Origin: Salinispira sp.
Lineage (GTDB): Bacteria > Spirochaetota > Spirochaetia > DSM-27196 > Salinispiraceae
Assembly (NCBI GenBank): GCA_965602015.1
Contig: OZ271918.1
Span: 2,752,001-2,816,000, forward strand
DNA length: 64,000 bases
Direction of reading: 5' to 3'
The position numbers and the translations under genes are program-made. Shown here piece after piece: positions 58,851-64,000 of this stretch (position 1 is its first letter; each line of letters starts with the position of its first letter). The notes under the pieces are model-generated. The model was not told the origin of the DNA. It did not search any database and saw only the letters and a list, made by a program, of their open reading frames with translations.

Positions 58851-59462
58851 ATGAATCACAGTTTTCTCAGGCTCAGCCCGGAAAAGCGAAACACCATCGA
58901 GCAGGCCGCCCTCGAAGAATTCGCCGAGTGGGGTTTTGACGGTGCCAGTACTAACCGGATAGTTCAATCGGCGGGAATATCCAAGGGCAGCTTGTTCAAG
59001 TACTTCTCTTCCAAGGAAGATTTATATCTGCATCTTGTGGATATCACCATGAAACAGGTAATTCCCGTTATACTCGAAAAATCCCGATCCCTCCCGACGG
59101 ACATCACCCAGCGGGTCGTTCTGCTATCTGAAAATGTCATCGATATCTATATCGCTAATCCGCTGTACTACCGGCTGTTCATGGGTATGCTGGATTCAGG
59201 CGCGCGCAAAGTTCAAGCGGAAATCCTGCATCGCTACGCCGAAAACCTGAGTTTCCTCGATCTGTTCACCGGAGTCGACAACTCCCGGTTCCGCCTCAGC
59301 GGAGAGTCGGTATTTCGGCTCATCAGATGGCTGTTCGCCGGAATCAAACAGGAACTTTTCGAGCTCACCAGCGTTCAGCAGGACCCTGCTGAGCTCAAGA
59401 GGGCCTTTATGGCAAAACTCGATGAGGTAGTTGAGCTGCTCCGCCATGGTATTTATTCCTGA
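58851..59462 (+). CDS. TetR/AcrR family regulator of the ABC exporter
   Basis: HTH 'GASTNRIVQSAGISKGSLFKYFSSKEDL'; AGGAG RBS. Confidence 0.92.
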   Translation: MNHSFLRLSPEKRNTIEQAALEEFAEWGFDGASTNRIVQSAGISKGSLFKYFSSKEDLYLHLVDITMKQVIPVILEKSRSLPTDITQRVVLLSENVIDIYIANPLYYRLFMGMLDSGARKVQAEILHRYAENLSFLDLFTGVDNSRFRLSGESVFRLIRWLFAGIKQELFELTSVQQDPAELKRAFMAKLDEVVELLRHGIYS

Positions 59463-59465
59463 CCG

Positions 59466-59486
59466 AGTGCCCCAAAGCTTGTTGAA
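59466..59486 (+). repeat. Solo copy of the dispersed element-end motif
   Basis: AGTGCCCCAAAGCTTGTTGAA, 3 bp after the tetR stop. Confidence 0.8.
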
Positions 59487-59501
59487 CTTTTAAATTTGCT
59501 A

Positions 59502-59556
59502 TTGACCACCCGGTCACTCGGGATTATAGTATTGAATAGCAGTGACCACATGGTCA
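59502..59556 (+). promoter_or_regulatory. Sigma70 promoter with two TetR operators
   Basis: TTGACC-17-TATAGT (59502-59530); TGACC-N4-GGTCA palindromes at 59503-59516 and 59543-59556. Confidence 0.8.
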
Positions 59557-59590
59557 TTAAATAGCATTTTCACATAAACCCGGAGGTAAG

Positions 59591-60445
59591 ATGATAAGCG
59601 TACGCGATCTCGTCCATGATTATACCGGACAGGGTAATCCTGCCGTAAAAGGCATCAGCTTTGAGGTGACCGAGGGGGAAATCTTCGGATTTCTCGGACC
59701 CTCGGGGGCGGGAAAGAGCACGGTTCAGGGCATTCTGACCGGGCTTCTGGACCTGCAACAGGGCGAAGTTCGCTACGGCGATATGAGCGTAACTGCGCTG
59801 AAGTCCTCGTTTTTTAACCGCATCGGAGTCTCCTTCGAGCACCCGAATCTGTATGCAAAACTGACGGGTCTTGAAAACCTCAGCTACTACGCCGGACTCT
59901 TCGATGTTCCTTGCGAGGATCCCATGCTGCTGTTGGAACGTGTCGGACTTGCCGACCATGCACATAAAAGAGCGGGCAGCTATTCCAAGGGGATGAAGCA
60001 GCGGCTGGTTTTTTGCCGGGCGCTGATCAACAGGCCCGAAATTCTCTTCCTGGACGAGCCCACATCCGGCCTCGACCCCAGCACCGCGGAAACCATCAAA
60101 GGCCTTATCCGTGAACGCCGGGACGCGGGAACCACGGTTTTTCTCACAACCCACAACATGCTCAGCGCTGACCAGCTCTGCGACCGGGTGGCGTTTATCA
60201 ATGAGGGCAGCATTGTCGCAATGGACAGTCCGAAGGCCTTAAAGCTCGCCTACGGAGAACGCGCGGTTGAGCTGGAATTCCTGGACGGCGAGTCGCCGGT
60301 CTCGAAAGTCTTCTCCCTTGATGACGACAGTGAACGGGTGGACCTCAACGCTCACATCAACAGCCGGAAGGTGCTCACCATTCATTCCCGGGAAGCCAGC
60401 CTCGAACAGATTTTTATACAGATGACCGGGCGGGGACTGAACTGA
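59591..60445 (+). CDS. ABC-2 exporter ATP-binding protein
   Basis: GPSGAGKS, 'YSKGMKQR', 'LFLDEPT', H-loop 'TTH'. Confidence 0.93.
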   Translation: MISVRDLVHDYTGQGNPAVKGISFEVTEGEIFGFLGPSGAGKSTVQGILTGLLDLQQGEVRYGDMSVTALKSSFFNRIGVSFEHPNLYAKLTGLENLSYYAGLFDVPCEDPMLLLERVGLADHAHKRAGSYSKGMKQRLVFCRALINRPEILFLDEPTSGLDPSTAETIKGLIRERRDAGTTVFLTTHNMLSADQLCDRVAFINEGSIVAMDSPKALKLAYGERAVELEFLDGESPVSKVFSLDDDSERVDLNAHINSRKVLTIHSREASLEQIFIQMTGRGLN

Positions 60446-61509
60446 TGAAAAACCGGTTCTTACCCCTGCTGCGGCAGGATATGGTGCTCAGCTGGCGAAA
60501 CGGCCTTATTCTGGTGACTCTTGTGACAATGGCCATCATCGTAGCCCTGTACTGGACCCTGCCCTTGATGGTTTCCTCGGATCACGAAGGCCCGAATCCC
60601 GTCGCAGTATACGACGCCAGCACGGCCGGCCTCGTCTCGGAACATCTTGCAGGTGAGGGGAATAGGGGTTTGTTTCTCCCGCTGGGAAGTGAACAACAAC
60701 TGGAAGAGTACGTGGAGCAAACCATGGGCTCGGGAATCATCGTCCAGGACAGCGGTTCGCCGGGCGGCGGGGTGGAGTTTATCCTTGTGTTTTCATCTCC
60801 TCCGTCGGGAAGTGCCGAAGCGCGGGTACAGGCGCTGGCCGAAGATTTATACCATTCACTCGGCGATTCCGACCGCTTTAAGGACCTGGGGCATGAAATC
60901 CTCAGACCAGGCTCCCGGCCCATAAACCTGAGCGGAAGGCTGATTCTGGTGACCCTTGCACTGGAGGCCATGATTCTCGGCTTTCTCTTTGTCGCGGTCT
61001 CGGTTTTTCAGGAAAAACAGGAGGGAAGCATCCGGGCATACCGGGTTTCTCCCGGAGGCCTGATATCATACGTGGCGGCGAAGGTTCTAACATTTAGCCT
61101 GATCAGCACCCTTTACGGCCTTCTGATGGTGCTGTTCACCAGAGGGCCCGCAGTCAATTGGATTGGCCTTGCGGCGGTTCTTCTGGCCTCCTGCCTGTTT
61201 ATGACCACCCTGGGCCTGGGCGTCGCGGTCCACTTTAAAAACTTATCCGAATGGTTCGCTCCGGGGGTTGTCCTGCTCTCGGTCAATATGTTGTCCATTC
61301 TGCCCTATCAGCTGCCGGGCTATGCCAACCCATTTATCACCATCCTCCCAGGGTACCAGATGATTTCGGCCATGAGCGGAATTCTGTATCCCGAAGGAAA
61401 TATCTGGGCGCCCGGCGAGACCTTTTTGTACCTGGCAGCATACCTCGCCGTTGCCCTGGCCTTTGCCGTGCCCGCGGTGCGCCGCAATATGCTAAAGGAG
61501 GGTAAATAA
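60445..61509 (+). CDS. ABC-2 exporter permease
   Basis: 1+5 TM topology; 'EKQEGSIRAYRVSP'. Confidence 0.85.
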   Translation: MKNRFLPLLRQDMVLSWRNGLILVTLVTMAIIVALYWTLPLMVSSDHEGPNPVAVYDASTAGLVSEHLAGEGNRGLFLPLGSEQQLEEYVEQTMGSGIIVQDSGSPGGGVEFILVFSSPPSGSAEARVQALAEDLYHSLGDSDRFKDLGHEILRPGSRPINLSGRLILVTLALEAMILGFLFVAVSVFQEKQEGSIRAYRVSPGGLISYVAAKVLTFSLISTLYGLLMVLFTRGPAVNWIGLAAVLLASCLFMTTLGLGVAVHFKNLSEWFAPGVVLLSVNMLSILPYQLPGYANPFITILPGYQMISAMSGILYPEGNIWAPGETFLYLAAYLAVALAFAVPAVRRNMLKEGK

Positions 61510-62511
61510 ATGAAGCGGATATTCACGTTTATGAAGCTTGACGCCCTGCTTTCAGTCAAGGACAGCATTACGCTGTACAGTCTGCTCAGCCCCCTGGCCC
61601 TGGCGTTCGTGATAACCCTGGTGCTTCCCGGAGTTCAGGAACAGACAATCCGCTTTGCCGCGGAGGCCAGCCTTCCGCAGGAGCTGATCAGCAGCCTCGA
61701 AGAGTACGGGCCGGTGGAACTGCTCGATGACGCGGATGCCGTCCGGCTGCGAGTCGGAGAATTCGACGATGCGGCGGGAATCCTGTCTTCCTCGGAGGGC
61801 ATTCGGGTTGTGCTCGAGGGAAATGAACGGGGCTTTGATGAGCTGCTGATAAAAAGTCTGGTGACATCAGCCCGGGGAACTCCCGAGGGCTTTATCAAGA
61901 GCACCCGGAGCCTCGGCGGAGACGGGGCACCCATTGCCGGGTATGCTGCGGTGCTGATGGTGATGCTGGGGCTGCTAATCGGGGGCCTGCTCATCGGTTT
62001 CTCCATTGTGGAAGAGAAAGAGAGCGGGGTAATCCGCGCCCTGGCAATCAGCCCGATAAAAATCAGGGAATACCTCATTGCCCGGGCTACGTTCGCGCTG
62101 ATAATCGGCGCGGTATCCGGCAGCCTGTCCCTGGTTATTATAACGGGATTCAGCGTGAGCTTTGCTTCGTTCGCTCCGGCGCTGATGATTTCATTACTGG
62201 CTGCCCTGCCCTTTGGGTTTATCATCGGCTCGTTCGCCGATAACCAAATGACTGCCTTTGCGCTGGTAAAACTGCTGATGGGGGTGTTTATGTCACTACC
62301 GTTGGTCAGCATTTTCGTTCCGGCGTCGCTTCAGTGGATTTTCTATCCGCTTCCCAATTACTGGATGTTTGTCCTTCTGAGTAATGCGGTCATTGGTGAA
62401 GCATGGACCCACACGGGCTACCTTGTAAGCGCCATCGCCACGGCGCTGAGCGGCGTACTGTTCACCCTTCTTTTACTGCCGGCCATGCGCAGAAGGCTAA
62501 AAATCCGATAA
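61510..62511 (+). CDS. ABC-2 exporter permease
   Basis: 1+5 TM topology; 'EEKESGVIRALAISP'. Confidence 0.85.
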   Translation: MKRIFTFMKLDALLSVKDSITLYSLLSPLALAFVITLVLPGVQEQTIRFAAEASLPQELISSLEEYGPVELLDDADAVRLRVGEFDDAAGILSSSEGIRVVLEGNERGFDELLIKSLVTSARGTPEGFIKSTRSLGGDGAPIAGYAAVLMVMLGLLIGGLLIGFSIVEEKESGVIRALAISPIKIREYLIARATFALIIGAVSGSLSLVIITGFSVSFASFAPALMISLLAALPFGFIIGSFADNQMTAFALVKLLMGVFMSLPLVSIFVPASLQWIFYPLPNYWMFVLLSNAVIGEAWTHTGYLVSAIATALSGVLFTLLLLPAMRRRLKIR

Positions 62512-62571
62512 GCGGGAACCGGGGTTTGCAAAAGCGCCCCTGCAATGTGAGAATAGAGGCAGGGGGAACTG

Positions 62572-64000
62572 ATGGACATCCTCAATCTGGGTTCGAGCAT
62601 ACAGAAAAAAACCGTGAAGGCGGGCACGGTTCTTATTCTCCAGGGCAGCACCGTGGATTCCATCCTGATTCTTCACTCCGGTATGGCCGAACTTATGACC
62701 CGCCAGGATTTCCGCCCGGAAATGAAGGATGATCATCAGCGGCTCCTGGAAGACAGTATTCGTGTGGGTCTGGTGAAGGGCCAGTCGGTTTGCGGCATAC
62801 TGGGACTGTACAACGGGAGCCCGCTGGAATACTCGGTAGTCTGCGTGAGCGAATGCATCATCAGCAACACCGTTGTGGAAGACCGGATGATTGTCGCCAC
62901 CCTCCAGAAAAACATGCGTCTGAACATCCAGGTGCTCCAGGCCCTGGTTCAGCGGATCGAGTCGGCGTTTTTCCTGTTCAGCAACTACAAATACCTCTGG
63001 CACAAGCTGGCTTCAATTCAGGACGGCATCGCGCTGGCCGCCGACCTGGGCGACAGCGCCGAGCCCGAAACCATTCCGGACCGCTACACCGCGGGCATGG
63101 AAGAGTACCGCAACTACCTCCTGTATCAAATGGAACAGATCGGCATTCGCAGTCCTGAAACCTGGGATCCGAATGTCTTCCTCGGCAGAATCCAAAACGA
63201 GCTGGACCTCTACATGGAATATGATTCAATGGGTTTCGAACGGATGATCGACAACTCCCAGTACCTCTTTATTAAGCGGATTCTGCGCAAGAACGATAAA
63301 ATCATTGCCGGAATTTTCTATCAGGATGAACCGACGAATTTCTATGTCTTCCAGTTCCTGGGAAACTGCCTTGAGTCGATGATGCGCTATAACCTAGGCA
63401 TTGCCCGACACATCAGCGAACTCAGCGATCAGCTGTATGCCGGCAGCGGGTGGGTCGAGCGGATCTGCGCCTTGAATCTTGAAGATAATCAGGCGTACCG
63501 GCTGTTCCGCCACTATCTGTGGAAATTCAGCTGGAGATGTCATCGGGATGCCATAAAGCTTCTTCATAGGGATTTTACCCTGGACTACCCGGCCTTCAAG
63601 GCCCTGACTGAATTCCGGACGCCGCCCGCCAAGGGAGAGGAATCTCCGGCGGCGAGCGGTGGGGAAAACATCTTTATAGAAGATTCCCAAGGGGGCAGAC
63701 TCGACAAGTACGGCAATGTTCTTGAGCGCATCCTTGAGTTTTCCGAGATGAGCCGGGAATTTTGTACAGAATTCCGCTCCTGCCTCGGCGCTATCCGCAA
63801 TCTACCGGATTACCTCTCCGACGAGGGCGAGCACACTGCCCTGCGCACCCAGTTCACCGCCCTGTACTGGCGGTTATATGAAGTCTGTTTTCTCAAGGTT
63901 ATCGATACGGATCTCAAGGCCTTTATACCGGGCATAATGCTGCATTTCGGACTGGTGGATGAAAGCCTCCTCTCACCAGAACAGTTGGACGTCCTGGACC
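62572..64000 (+). CDS. Large cyclic-nucleotide-binding domain protein, running off the right edge
   Basis: Absent from the ORF track (no stop in the window). ATG 62572 gives 'KKTVKAGTVLILQGSTVDSILILHSG...YSVVCVSEC' (cNMP-like); the same frame reads 'HFGLVDESLL' at the edge. Confidence 0.7.
   Translation, partial: MDILNLGSSIQKKTVKAGTVLILQGSTVDSILILHSGMAELMTRQDFRPEMKDDHQRLLEDSIRVGLVKGQSVCGILGLYNGSPLEYSVVCVSECIISNTVVEDRMIVATLQKNMRLNIQVLQALVQRIESAFFLFSNYKYLWHKLASIQDGIALAADLGDSAEPETIPDRYTAGMEEYRNYLLYQMEQIGIRSPETWDPNVFLGRIQNELDLYMEYDSMGFERMIDNSQYLFIKRILRKNDKIIAGIFYQDEPTNFYVFQFLGNCLESMMRYNLGIARHISELSDQLYAGSGWVERICALNLEDNQAYRLFRHYLWKFSWRCHRDAIKLLHRDFTLDYPAFKALTEFRTPPAKGEESPAASGGENIFIEDSQGGRLDKYGNVLERILEFSEMSREFCTEFRSCLGAIRNLPDYLSDEGEHTALRTQFTALYWRLYEVCFLKVIDTDLKAFIPGIMLHFGLVDESLLSPEQLDVLD

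Overview
Bacterial window that is most likely from a free-living spirochaete (inferred from CheX, spirochaete-style lipoproteins, adjacent pfs-luxS, vor-buk-ptb and a large cNMP-domain protein). The main discovery candidate is a 10-gene minus-strand operon (10232-20750). It couples a free-standing polyketide beta-branching cassette (AcpK-type ACP, PksF-like KS that unusually keeps its catalytic Cys, PksG-like HMG synthase, PksH/PksI-like ECH1/ECH2) and type II FAS enzymes (FabD, FabG, FabZ, FabL-like reductase) to a serine-palmitoyltransferase-family enzyme and a GNAT resembling bacterial ceramide synthase. No modular PKS is present in the window. A nearby FabF, Sfp-type PPTase and LpxO-like hydroxylase (2355-5295) may belong to the same pathway. 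This suggests an apparently undescribed route to methyl-branched sphingolipid/ceramide-like lipids. Second, an IS1-like transposase gene is split by an intact IS21 element (5-bp target duplication) and is bounded by a ~20-bp inverted repeat that recurs as ~100-bp MITE-like pairs and as solo copies across the window. Third, a cheY-cheX-(heme-c sensor/CheA-like kinase)-cytochrome P460 module is present, and a fused ResB-CcsA cytochrome c maturation gene lies at the left edge. The remainder is rnr, branched-chain 2-oxoacid catabolism, tRNA modification genes, lipoproteins/OMPs, pullulanase, pfs-luxS, sppA and a TetR-regulated ABC exporter. All calls come from reading motifs by eye; no database searches were run.
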